A stretch of 64,000 bases of DNA from Candidatus Hydrogenedentota bacterium (GCA_024278275.1 JAJRTN010000004.1:3149-67148); one strand, 5' to 3'. Positions 9,283 to 18,897 are shown, counted from the first letter of the stretch. Made by a program: numbers and translations. Notes: generated by a model from the sequence alone, not told the origin.

Positions 9283-11652
9283 TCACCGTGCCCCATGTGC
9301 CGTGTCCACCGTATCACGCAGCAGGCCCGCGCCACACCAGGGGACCACGGAGCGGGCCTCCCGGACACCGTAATTGAACACCATGAAGCCGCCCGTATGC
9401 CGTTGACGGGTCCGCTTCACCTGTTCGATGAAGGTCAACATGGGGTCGCGGCCGGTCCAGAGACCCAGGCCGATGCCCGGATAGACCGGCACCTCGCCCG
9501 CCCAGGCCTGCTGTTGCCGGATCCAGGTGTCGAATTGCCCCGTACGCTCCGTGTAGTCCATGGGGCAGACGAAATCCAGGTACCCCGCGTCGCACCAGGC
9601 CTTCCAGTCCTGCCCCACCGTATCGCGGTGCGTGGGCCACGTGATAAAAACCGCGGCGGACACTTTCACTTTCAGGTGACGTTCCTTAACCGCCTTATGC
9701 ACCCCGGCGACGACCCGCGTGATCTGGTCGCGGCGGAAGTCCCCCCATGCCCGCCGCAGCTTCGGGTCCTCGCGCATAGCGGCGGGCCAGGGCGAAACCG
9801 AATGCCCCAGACGCGCTTCGAATCCCTGTCGGCATGCTTCGCTGAACGAGGCGTCCTCGTCGGGATAGCGGATGTAATCAAAGTGGAGGCCGTCCACGTC
9901 GTAACGTTCGGCCACCTCCAGCATGGCGGCAGTTTCCAGCGCCCGATTGTCTTCCCGGCAGGGGCACAGCCAATTCGCTTCCTCGCCGCCATCGAAGCGC
10001 ACCTGGGTCCGGCCGGTCTTTTTCATGCGTTCGCGGAAAGCCTTGGGCGCGTGCCCCGTCATGTTCCAGCAGACCTTCCAGTAGTGCAACTCGATCCCGT
10101 ACTTCTTGCAGGCCGCCAGACACTCCGCCAGTTGGTCGCCCCGCTCCGCCACCTCGGGCGCCACGGGAAGGACATCGCTTTCGTAATACGCCACGCCGCC
10201 CCAGGCCATGTTGGGAAAAAGGGCGGTGAAACCGTTCTCCGCCAACAGGCGTACCGCTTCATCCCAGGTCATGCCCTCCACGCCAAAAGGACTGTGACAC
10301 CAGAATCCCCGGAACTCTCCGGCTTCGGGCCGTTGCCGCCGGTAATAGGCTTCGAGCATGGATTGACGTATTGCGCCCGCGGCGCGCAGGGCGCCGGGAT
10401 AATCCCCGGCGGCGACCCGTGCATCCACCGTGGCCGTGGCGGGCGGCGGGGAAGCCAGCGCCTGGGCCAGGGTGTCCAACGCCGAAACAGCGTGCCGCGC
10501 CGCCATGGGCCAGGCTTCTGGATACAGGGCACCCACCATCGCCAACAGGAGCCGGGCCTGGTTCTCCCGGTCGTCGTCGAGCAGGATGTGGGTCATGTGC
10601 GCCCCCGTACCGGACACCAGCACGGCGGCTTCGCCCGTGGCCCGGCCCGTGCCGTCATGCCACCAGGCGGCCACGCGGGCCTTGTCCGCCACGGGTTCCA
10701 TGGCAATGATGTTCCACGAGTGCTGCCGCACTTCGTCGGGCAGTCCCATGACGCCACCATCGGCCGCGGGCCGGATCGATGCAAAACGCGCGCCGGGCCC
10801 GCTTTGCATGTGGCGTCCCCTTGTCATGCCCAGGGCGCGCGCCAGTTTCGGCGGGATGGCGTAAAAAGTGATTACCTTGCCGCCATCGGCAATGAACCGC
10901 AGCAAGGCCGCCTCCGTTCGTTCGTCCATGGAAGGACAATAGGGTACGATGATCAGGCGGTGCCCCGCCGGCATGGCCTCTGCCATATCCACATCACTCA
11001 ATGGGGCATGGGGAATGCCGTTAGCCTCAAGATAAGACGCCACCCGCCGGGCCGTTTCCAGGACCGTCCGCGCTTCGCCCGGCTCCGCGCTCACCGACCG
11101 CTGCGCCTGCAACACGGCCACGCCCGGCGTGGCGGGTATGACGGCGAAATCCGACAGCAGGAACGTGGTGTCCTTGTCCGAACCACGCCACGCGGAAATA
11201 CGGATGCGGTCGATGCGGCGCCAGCCCCCGGGCGCGCCCTCCGTCCGCATGGCCATCCGGGGAATAAACATGCGTTCCGGCTTTCCTCCCGTCCCTTCGG
11301 GCGCGAAACCCGCCGAATACCAGCCCGACGCGGTGTGCAGGTAGAACGAAAAGCGGCTTACCGGCATGGGATCATCACACTGAGAGGTAAAAACCATGCC
11401 CAAGGCCCCGGACAAATCCAGCGCCACCGCCCGATCCCAGGAAACACGCGGTTCGGTGGTTTCGGCGAAGTTACAGCGGAAGCGCAGCCTTTCCCCCCCC
11501 TCCGCCATCTCCACCTTCGGGGTCGGTTCGACGGGCTGCCAGGCCGAAGCCGTTTCGGTCAAATCCGGCAATGGCTGCGCCGAAACCGCGTCCAGCGTAC
11601 AACAGCAACCCAAGACCACCAGGAGCGCAATACGTCCCATACCGCTCACCAT
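9283..11652 (-). CDS. Secreted GHL10/DUF187-family glycoside-hydrolase-like protein
   Basis: GGGAGGG RBS and ATG at 11652. Signal peptide MVSGMGRIALLVVLGCCCTLDAVSA. Family-typical motifs GLHFDYIRYP and HYWKVCWN. The opposite-strand 823-aa ORF is Pro/Arg/Gly-rich shadow. Confidence 0.65.
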   Translation of the reverse strand: MVSGMGRIALLVVLGCCCTLDAVSAQPLPDLTETASAWQPVEPTPKVEMAEGGERLRFRCNFAETTEPRVSWDRAVALDLSGALGMVFTSQCDDPMPVSRFSFYLHTASGWYSAGFAPEGTGGKPERMFIPRMAMRTEGAPGGWRRIDRIRISAWRGSDKDTTFLLSDFAVIPATPGVAVLQAQRSVSAEPGEARTVLETARRVASYLEANGIPHAPLSDVDMAEAMPAGHRLIIVPYCPSMDERTEAALLRFIADGGKVITFYAIPPKLARALGMTRGRHMQSGPGARFASIRPAADGGVMGLPDEVRQHSWNIIAMEPVADKARVAAWWHDGTGRATGEAAVLVSGTGAHMTHILLDDDRENQARLLLAMVGALYPEAWPMAARHAVSALDTLAQALASPPPATATVDARVAAGDYPGALRAAGAIRQSMLEAYYRRQRPEAGEFRGFWCHSPFGVEGMTWDEAVRLLAENGFTALFPNMAWGGVAYYESDVLPVAPEVAERGDQLAECLAACKKYGIELHYWKVCWNMTGHAPKAFRERMKKTGRTQVRFDGGEEANWLCPCREDNRALETAAMLEVAERYDVDGLHFDYIRYPDEDASFSEACRQGFEARLGHSVSPWPAAMREDPKLRRAWGDFRRDQITRVVAGVHKAVKERHLKVKVSAAVFITWPTHRDTVGQDWKAWCDAGYLDFVCPMDYTERTGQFDTWIRQQQAWAGEVPVYPGIGLGLWTGRDPMLTFIEQVKRTRQRHTGGFMVFNYGVREARSVVPWCGAGLLRDTVDTAHGAR

Positions 11653-11802
11653 GCCATCCCTCCCGTCTTTGGATGCGGGAGTATAGCAGGTCCGGCTCGG
11701 TCCCGCAGATGGCACATGCTGCGCCATCCATAAATTGTTGCGTTGAGGCGGTTAATCGCTTACCAATGAAGTTCCGCACGAATTGACGCGAAAAGGGGTT
11801 CA

Positions 11803-11830
11803 TGCTCCCGCCCCGTCATTCCCGCGAAGG
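11803..11830. repeat. REP-like hairpin unit GTCATTCCCGCGAAGGCGGGTG
   Basis: Stem-loop of the CCCGC-GAAG-GCGGG family, seen repeatedly in intergenic regions of this window. Confidence 0.5.
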
Positions 11831-12165
11831 CGGGTGTAAGGTGAACCTGTTTTCAGTACATCCCGGGGCACGTTGGCCCCCGAATGTGGAGGTGAGCTCC
11901 CGCCTTTTTTCGAGTCCCCCCCCTTGACGGATCCGTGAATCGCGTGTATCCTTATCATCCTAGGGTTAAATGACAGGTGGTTTGGTTCGGGTTTAACCCG
12001 GATGTTTCACCAACTTCGATGTGGCATGTGTGGATTGGGTCAGGCCAAAGGCCTGGTGAAGTGAGGCGGACGACGGCGTGTGGATACATGCCGCGTTCGT
12101 CGGGCGAAACAAGTCCTGGAGATGGCCCGGGATACGTGGGCGCAACAGGAGGCTGGTGAAGGATC

Positions 12166-12206
12166 CGGTTTAACGCCACCGGCCAAAGTTGAAACCGGCC
12201 TTTTTT
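12166..12206 (+). terminator. Candidate intrinsic terminator/attenuator hairpin followed by T6, in the leader of the PASTA-caspase gene
   Basis: ccggtttaac...gttgaaaccgg stem (one bulge) followed by cc-TTTTTT. No convincing ORF upstream in the 620-nt divergent intergenic region. Confidence 0.3.
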
Positions 12207-12351
12207 GTTATTGCGAAGGATGTCGAGCGACGGTGGCAATCTCCTATGCAAAGGCCTGTATTGGCACGTGAGTTCCTCTCTTTCTCGCAGTAACGGGCTT
12301 TTGTTGGTGGCGTTGGGTTATTTCGGAAAAAGAACGGGAAAGGTGGAGGTC

Positions 12352-14925
12352 ATGAAACACTATCGTTGGTTTTTGACGCTGGGGGCCCTGGTGAGCCTTG
12401 CTTTGGTGGGGTGTCCGCCGTCAATCGTTCCGGATGTGGTGGGCATGACGCAAGAGGCGGCGGAAGCCGCGATTGTCGCGGCCGGATTTTCCGTTGGTGC
12501 CGCGGCCGAGGAATACAGCGACACGGTGCCCGCGGGCGAGGTGATCAGCCAGGATCCGGCGGCGGGCGCCCACGCGGAACAGGGCAGTGTCGTGGCGCTT
12601 GTGGTGTCGATAGGACCCGAGTTAGAGGTGCAGGTTATTGAAGACACCAACCTGTCCACGGAGACGGGCCTAACGGACGGCGGGGTAACCCGCCAGGCCA
12701 CCCAGATGATGACCGGTACGGTGCCGAACCCGGCCGGCCCGGATGCCACCGAGTTCGAAGGCTCGGTGTTCCTGGTGCTTAATGGCGACAAGATCCCCGT
12801 CTCCGTCGTTCGCGAGACGGCGAAAACCGGCCAGGTGATCTACAAAAACGGCCAGGCCGAATTTCTCAACGATGCGGACCGCATCGCCCCGGAGACGGTC
12901 GAAGCCCTGTCCAAACAGGACGGTGCGTCGCTCTGGGTATTCCAGGTGACCTTCTCAGTGAACGCGGGACCGAATACGCTGCGTGTCGAGGTCTACGACC
13001 TGGAGGACTCCCTTTATGCACGCACGGAGGACTGGGATATTATCGGCGCAGTGGAGCCCACCAGCGTGGTCATCACCTTGTGGTGGGACACGAACCAGAC
13101 CGACATCGACCTGCATGTCAAGCAGTTCGACGAGGAAGGCACCGACGAGGGGCATTGCTATTACGCCAATCGGAGAGCGGGTGCCATGGAACTCGACTTC
13201 GACGACGTCAACGGCTTCGGCCCCGAGCATGTCACGGTCCCCGACGTGGTGGGGCACAAGCGTTTCGTCATTCGTGTCTACTACTACGCCGACCACAACG
13301 ACTCGGAAACCACGACGCCCACGCCGGTGCATATTACCGCGGAGGTGAATGGGGAAAACGAGCTGTCCGTGAGCAGCGTGCTGTCGTCGGAGAGCACCAA
13401 TTCCTCGTGGACCACGGGCGCGCATGTCTGGGAAGCGGGCGAGGTGGAGGCCTCGGGGGCGAATGTTTACACCATCAATCTGGCCGAGCCCGACCTGTCG
13501 GCCTGGCCCACGGTGAAGCTCACCATGAATGTCATGGATGAAGAGGGGGACCCGGTGGACGGGTTGACCGCGGACAACATTTACGTGATCAACTCCGGCA
13601 CCGCCATGTCGCCGATTACGGTGGCCGCGGCGAAAGCGGCCGGCGGCTATTCCCTCACCTATACCGATATTACCGCGGGTAAGCGCGATCTGTATGTCTA
13701 CATCTACAAGGCCGCGCAAAATGAAGGGGATCCCTCCGAGGGCGGCCTGTCGAATGTGCTCACCTATGGCAAGAATTACGGCGTGCTCGTCGGCTTGAAT
13801 GAATACCCCGCCGCATCGATGGACCCGGGCAACTTTTCCTGGGTCGGCGCCGCGGGCGGTGACTACGTGAACGTCACCGTGACCAAGACGCCCGACGGTC
13901 CCGGTGATTTCACCCTGATCTTCACCGATACCGAAGGCGGCACCAATCGGCCGGAGGTGAGTGTTACCCCCACCGCCATGGTGGGCGCGGCGTCACCTTA
14001 CCGCCTCAATTTCACCGAGCCGGCAAATTACGACGACTATGACCGGATCCAGGTGAAATACAAGAAGCAGTCCTGGTTGCAGGCCGCGGTGAAGGACGTG
14101 ACCGATATCAAGACCGCCCTCACCGGGACCTCCCTGGGGCAGGTCAACAACATGTGGACGGCGGCGGACTTCACCACCTACACCAACGCCGCCGCCAAGG
14201 AGGCCACCATTATCGACAAGATTAAGGCCATAGGCGGGGTGATGAAGAAATACGACCTCTTCTACTTCCACTTCTCCGGCCATGGCGCCAACGGCACCAC
14301 CGACGGCACCCAATACTTGTGCGCCTACGAGGATGCCAACTGGATCAGTGTCACCGACCTGTCGGCCGCGTTGGCCACCATACCCAAACCCGGCGCCACC
14401 AGCACCATTGCCAATGTGATCATCGGCATTGATGCCTGTCACAGCGGCAACTTTATCGACATGAAGCAGGTCTGCCTCTGCGACGACCCGGTACGGAACG
14501 AGCGGTGTCGAAACGTCGAGCCGCAGGCCGACACGCAAGAGAAGTATGACGGCCCCATATTGACCTTCCAGGAAGACCTGAAGGCCCTCACGGGAAACAA
14601 CCTCTTCGTGATGACGGCGGTGCCCGGCACCCATTCCGCCTGGGATGACACGTCCATCGGCGGCGCGGCCAACCCCGGGGGTAACGGCGTCTTCACCTAC
14701 TACCTCAAGCAGGGCATCAGCACCCAGGGCAAGTTCATGTCCGAGGTGGCCGCCAACACCAATCACGACACGTGGGTTACGGCCGAGGAAGCCTTCGCCT
14801 ACCTCGATCCCAAGGCCAACGCCCGCGTGACCACGGCCAACGGATTCCCCGCGGGTGCCGCGCAGGACCCGCAGGTCCTCGACAACAGCACCAGCAGCGT
14901 TACGCGGTTGGTCTACAACTGGTAG
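12352..14925 (+). CDS. Lipoprotein with an N-terminal PASTA domain, a DUF2135 (YfaP)-like region and a C-terminal caspase-like (peptidase C14) domain
   Basis: GGAGG RBS then ATG 12352. Lipobox LALVGC. PASTA consensus VPDVVGMTQEAAEAAIVAAGFSV...VISQDPAAGAHAEQGSVVALVVSIG. DUF2135-like WWDTNQTDIDLHVKQFDEEG...DFDDVNGFGPEHV. Caspase His-Cys dyad context FYFHFSGHGANG ... IGIDACHSGNF. Confidence 0.75.
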   Translation: MKHYRWFLTLGALVSLALVGCPPSIVPDVVGMTQEAAEAAIVAAGFSVGAAAEEYSDTVPAGEVISQDPAAGAHAEQGSVVALVVSIGPELEVQVIEDTNLSTETGLTDGGVTRQATQMMTGTVPNPAGPDATEFEGSVFLVLNGDKIPVSVVRETAKTGQVIYKNGQAEFLNDADRIAPETVEALSKQDGASLWVFQVTFSVNAGPNTLRVEVYDLEDSLYARTEDWDIIGAVEPTSVVITLWWDTNQTDIDLHVKQFDEEGTDEGHCYYANRRAGAMELDFDDVNGFGPEHVTVPDVVGHKRFVIRVYYYADHNDSETTTPTPVHITAEVNGENELSVSSVLSSESTNSSWTTGAHVWEAGEVEASGANVYTINLAEPDLSAWPTVKLTMNVMDEEGDPVDGLTADNIYVINSGTAMSPITVAAAKAAGGYSLTYTDITAGKRDLYVYIYKAAQNEGDPSEGGLSNVLTYGKNYGVLVGLNEYPAASMDPGNFSWVGAAGGDYVNVTVTKTPDGPGDFTLIFTDTEGGTNRPEVSVTPTAMVGAASPYRLNFTEPANYDDYDRIQVKYKKQSWLQAAVKDVTDIKTALTGTSLGQVNNMWTAADFTTYTNAAAKEATIIDKIKAIGGVMKKYDLFYFHFSGHGANGTTDGTQYLCAYEDANWISVTDLSAALATIPKPGATSTIANVIIGIDACHSGNFIDMKQVCLCDDPVRNERCRNVEPQADTQEKYDGPILTFQEDLKALTGNNLFVMTAVPGTHSAWDDTSIGGAANPGGNGVFTYYLKQGISTQGKFMSEVAANTNHDTWVTAEEAFAYLDPKANARVTTANGFPAGAAQDPQVLDNSTSSVTRLVYNW

Positions 14926-14947
14926 GCCGTTCATCGTGTGTTCATGC

Positions 14948-14989
14948 GTCCCCCGCGCGGAAGAGTGCGCGGGGGACGCTGTTTGTGTT
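14948..14989 (+). terminator. Rho-independent terminator
   Basis: cgtcccccgcgcg-gaagagt-gcgcgggggacg perfect GC-rich stem followed by ctgtttgtgtt, located 20 nt after the stop at 14925. Confidence 0.65.
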
Positions 14990-15053
14990 GAACAGAACGG
15001 CGCTGTAATCGTCTTCTTAGTGGACCATGGTATGGACCAGGGAGTATGAAACC

Positions 15054-15959
15054 ATGCGCGGAAATCCAGTCACCCATGCGGCGATACTGACCGTGACACT
15101 GCTTCTGGCGGCCATCCCCGCCTGGGCCGGGGGCCGGAGCCGGGCGGAAGTCGCCGAGGCCCCCTGTGTTTACAACGCCTGGCATCGCGACACCCTCATC
15201 TATGTGGCCCTGTTCAACCCGGGGGATGCCCCCTTGTCGCTGGACGTGGCCGTGGGGACACACGACACGGCCAGGCGCATTTTCCTGCGCAGCCGTGTTG
15301 AACTGGGGGCACACACGTTCCAGGTGGTCAATTTCCCCGTGGCCGGGCGAACCACCCCGCGTGGGGACCGGCAACGGGCGGACCGGGTCTTCGTGGGCCG
15401 CCCCGGGGAGACGCCCGCCATGGGCGTCATTCAGAATGCCTATCCCCCCCGAAACGCGGTCTTCCTGCGCGACCTGCTGGTTCCGTCAGGCGGCCCGGTT
15501 CGCTACGACTATTGGCCGGAGAAGCGCGCGGGGACGACCCTGCTTTTCCTGCCACGCGTTTTGGGCGAAGGTACGGGCGACGAAAGGAACGGTGATACCG
15601 CCACGTGTTCCCCGCCCCCGATCTCAAGCCGGGCGCTGGCCGGTTTGGCGTTGCCGGCGGCTTACCGCGACGAGATCCTCGCCAGGGCGAAAGACCATTT
15701 TGTCTTTCGGATTGACCATGGGGCCGGGATACCCGTCTCGGTCACCTATCCCGCGCCGAATGTCTCCCAATGCGCCAATCTCACGATTCACGCCTACCGG
15801 TACCGCCTCCATGAGGATGGCACGTTGCGTGCCGGAGGCGAGGCCGGCGCCGTCATCACCGTCTATAACCCTGCAACGATTCAGCACGCTCTTTCCTCCC
15901 CATCACCCGGCGCCATCGGCAAGAAGCCGCTTCCCACGAAAAGCAAAGGGAAATCGTAA
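15054..15959 (+). CDS. Hypothetical secreted protein
   Basis: Signal-peptide-like N-terminus MRGNPVTHAAILTVTLLLAAIPAWAGG. No recognisable domain. Confidence 0.4.
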   Translation: MRGNPVTHAAILTVTLLLAAIPAWAGGRSRAEVAEAPCVYNAWHRDTLIYVALFNPGDAPLSLDVAVGTHDTARRIFLRSRVELGAHTFQVVNFPVAGRTTPRGDRQRADRVFVGRPGETPAMGVIQNAYPPRNAVFLRDLLVPSGGPVRYDYWPEKRAGTTLLFLPRVLGEGTGDERNGDTATCSPPPISSRALAGLALPAAYRDEILARAKDHFVFRIDHGAGIPVSVTYPAPNVSQCANLTIHAYRYRLHEDGTLRAGGEAGAVITVYNPATIQHALSSPSPGAIGKKPLPTKSKGKS

Positions 15960-16135
15960 CGGGTTATCCGTCACCCGCTGAAACACCAACAAACCCCCTG
16001 GTGGCATAAATGGGCTTTGCAAAGGGGAAATAAGGAGACGATAAGCCCGTAATCACGGCCCAAAAGGAGTCACGGGAGCCGCGTCCCCGGCCCGAAAACC
16101 CACGCTGCCTGGATCGACCGGTCTTTGTGCCAACT

Positions 16136-17263
16136 TTATGCCAGCGGCGCGTGCTCGAAGGTCTCGATGATCCCGGCACAAAGCACGTAGCCCGCCTCGT
16201 CATAGCACACGGCCCACTGTCCGGGGGTTACCGCCTGTTCAACCCGCTTCAACTCGATGCGTGCTGCCCGGCCCATGGGGATTACCCGCGCCGGTACCCC
16301 CTCGTGGCGGGAGCGAAGCTGCACCCGGCCGTCGAAAGGTTCCGGTGCTGGGGCCATCCCGCCCCAGCACAGGGGCCCCGTGGTGAAACGGGCGCAGCCG
16401 GTTTCTTCCACGTGGCCGACGATTACCGCGTTCCGTTCGGGGTCGAGGCGGACCACGTAGTAAGGCCGTTCCGCCGCGATACCCAGTCCGCGCCGTTGCC
16501 CCAGGGTATGGTGGATGAGCCCCCGGTGCTCCCCGATAACATCGCCCCGCGTGTTCAACACGGGACCGGGACGGCTTGCCCCCGCCCGGGCCTCGACGAT
16601 CTTCGCGTAATCGCGGTCCGGCACGAAGCAGATTTCCATGCTTTCCGCTTTGTCGGCCGCAGGAAGGTTCAGCGCCCGCGCATGATTCCGCACCTCTTCC
16701 TTCGTCAACGCCCCCAGGGGGAAAAGGGCGCGCTTCAATTGCGGCTGGGTCAGCGGCGCGAGTACGTAACTCTGGTCCTTCGGCCGATGGACGGCCCGCC
16801 GCAGGGACCAGCGTGTACCCCGTTTTTCAAGCCGCGCATAATGCCCCATGGCAATATAGGCGGCCCCCAGCCGGTCGGCGTAGCGATAGAGCGCCCCAAA
16901 TTTAATCATTCGGTTGCAGCGTGCACAGGGATTCGGCGTCCGTCCCCGGGTGTACTCGCTCACGAAGTAGCGAATAATGTCACGGTCAAAGCGCTCGACG
17001 GCATGCATGATTCGGTGCGGAATACCAAGCTTTTCACAAACGCGCCGTGCATCCGAGGCGGCTTCAAGACCACAGCAGGGCTCGAAAACGGACTTCTCCC
17101 CGTGCTCCGGCACCAGGCGCATGGTGACGCCGATGCAGTCGTACCCACGGGCCGTCAGCAGGGCGGCGGTGACGGCGCTGTCCACCCCGCCACTCATGGC
17201 AACGAGAATTCTCGCGGATGGGGGAGGGTACATGCTGTTTGATCGCCGCGTTGCTTCAGGCAC
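16136..17263 (-). CDS. mnmA: tRNA-specific 2-thiouridylase MnmA
   Basis: PP-loop SGGVDSAVTAALL. Conserved Cys residues. Approximately 365 aa. An alternative start at the internal MYPPPS (17233) is possible. Confidence 0.85.
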   Translation of the reverse strand: MPEATRRSNSMYPPPSARILVAMSGGVDSAVTAALLTARGYDCIGVTMRLVPEHGEKSVFEPCCGLEAASDARRVCEKLGIPHRIMHAVERFDRDIIRYFVSEYTRGRTPNPCARCNRMIKFGALYRYADRLGAAYIAMGHYARLEKRGTRWSLRRAVHRPKDQSYVLAPLTQPQLKRALFPLGALTKEEVRNHARALNLPAADKAESMEICFVPDRDYAKIVEARAGASRPGPVLNTRGDVIGEHRGLIHHTLGQRRGLGIAAERPYYVVRLDPERNAVIVGHVEETGCARFTTGPLCWGGMAPAPEPFDGRVQLRSRHEGVPARVIPMGRAARIELKRVEQAVTPGQWAVCYDEAGYVLCAGIIETFEHAPLA

Positions 17264-17669
17264 GGGGGGCGGCGGACGCCGCGGACGCGGACACCGCTTT
17301 GGGCGGACGTTGGGCCGGGGCTTTCATGGCGCACTTGCCTTCGAAGAGCACCCCCTCGGCGATGCTGATACGGGGCGCGCTGATGTCGCCCGTCACCTTG
17401 CCGCCGGAGGTGATCTCAATGCGCTCGCGGGCCGTGACGTTGCCACGCACCTCGCCCGCGATGATGATCTGCGTGGCAATGAGATCCGCCTTGACCTTGC
17501 CCGTTTCCTGCACGACAATGCTGTCGGCGCAGTCAATGCGCCCGGTCACCGTGCCCTCGATACGCAGGGTGCCTTCCGAGTGAATCTCGCCATGGACAGC
17601 CGTCCCCGGCCCCACCATGCTGACAACACGGTTTTCGTTGTAACCCTTGCCTTTACGTGAATCCAGCAT
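17256..17669 (-). CDS. Bactofilin (CcmA-like cytoskeletal polymer)
   Basis: Beta-helical bactofilin repeats GTLRIEGTVTGRIDCADSIVVQETGKVKADLIATQIIIAGEVRGNV... Confidence 0.8.
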   Translation of the reverse strand: MLDSRKGKGYNENRVVSMVGPGTAVHGEIHSEGTLRIEGTVTGRIDCADSIVVQETGKVKADLIATQIIIAGEVRGNVTARERIEITSGGKVTGDISAPRISIAEGVLFEGKCAMKAPAQRPPKAVSASAASAAPRA

Positions 17670-17674
17670 GGCGG

Positions 17675-18682
17675 TTAATCCGGAAGGTACTTGCGGGGAT
17701 CGACCGCCTTGCCGCGGACCCGCACCTCGTAGTGCAAGTGGGGCCCCGTGCTTCGGCCCGTGCTCCCCACGCTGCCAATGCGATCGCCCGGCTCCACCTG
17801 CTGTCCCTCTTTCACCAACAACTTGGAAAGATGGGCAAACCGTGTCTGGATGCCGTTCCCATGATCCACCGTGATCAGCCGGCCATAATCGCCGTCGTAG
17901 CCCGCGAACACCACCACGCCCCGTCCCGTGGCATAAACCGGCGTCCCTCGCGGCGCGGCAATGTCCGAACCCGAATGAAGCCGCACGCGCCGGGTAAAAG
18001 GATCGCGGCGGTAACCGAATTGGGAGGAATAACGGCCCGCGCCCCGGCGGACGGGACGTCCCGTTGGAACACGTGCCACCTGGTCGTTGTGGACCTTCAT
18101 ATCGGCCACCAGCTCGGACAGGCTGTTGGTGCGCACCCGGATCTAGCGCAGAATCAGGTCCGCCGAAGGGCGAAGCATGCCATAGATGACTTGAGGCGGA
18201 CGGTATTTCGCCTCCACCGCCGTGAAGCCAACCCCCTGCTCACCCGTCAGCGGGCCGCCCTTACCCCCTCCCCCGCCCGACGCGGAGGCGTCTTGGCCGG
18301 TCTCGCGGGGTTCCAACAGATGGATTTCACGCGCCTTGGCCTCCATGTCATGGAGTTCCGCCAATTCCGCCGTAATAGCCGCGATACTGCTCTCGTAGTC
18401 GAGGCTCATGCGGGCCTCGATTGCTTTCAACTCCGCATCCGATATACCGGCCTGAGAAACGGTTTGGGGCGTACTGGCCAGTCGCCACTCCAGCGCACGG
18501 ATGTGCTCCCGGCGGACCTGGGCATTTCGCGCCTGCTTCCGGTCGCGCTGGTAGAAAAACGCCGTCGAAAAAACCAATAAGGCAAGCAGGGACACCCCCC
18601 CCCAGAAATGCAGGCTCGAAAGGTTTAGTGTTCTGGTGCTGCCCCGGTCATGGGGAATCAGCATCACGGTCCACTTCTTCAT
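17675..18682 (-). pseudogene. M23/LytM-family peptidase (TM + coiled-coil N-domain, C-terminal LytM domain) interrupted by an in-frame TAG at 18143-18145
   Basis: ORFs 18143-18682 (TM helix, coiled coil) and 17675-18136 (LytM domain with HxxxD and HLH motifs: LHSGSDIAAP, PHLHYEV) are in the same frame, separated by TAG + 6 nt. Domain order matches intact EnvC/Csd1-type proteins. Confidence 0.65.
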
Positions 18683-18897
18683 ACGGGACGTGGCTCCTGA
18701 AACGGCTGCTTCGATTCAGCGGGTACGGATGAGGGGGAACCGGTTGTACGCCGCACAACTCCGACCCATGGATGGCAACCCGGGGAAAAGCGTTCCCGCC
18801 AAACGGGGCTAATATAGCACTACGGCCCCATCAAGTCAACCATTCATGGATGATTGCGCGGTCTTGTCAATAGTTTAATGGCCTCGCTTTTCAGGCC

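Noticed and set aside
9262-11733. 823-aa plus-strand ORF fully overlapping the GHL10 gene. Similar long antisense ORFs at 48395-50218, 54629-56926, 56945-58372, 41272-42357 and 59864-61009.
   Set aside because: Pro/Arg/Gly/His-rich low-complexity translations with no motifs, typical of GC-rich shadow frames opposite genuine genes that do have clear family signatures.
2821-18145. Possibility that the in-frame TAA (pepF) and TAG (M23 peptidase) indicate stop-codon reassignment.
   Set aside because: TAA, TAG and TGA all terminate many well-supported genes in this window at positions matching homolog lengths (for example the atp and fli genes), so a recoded genetic code is not supported. Pseudogenes or consensus errors are more likely.
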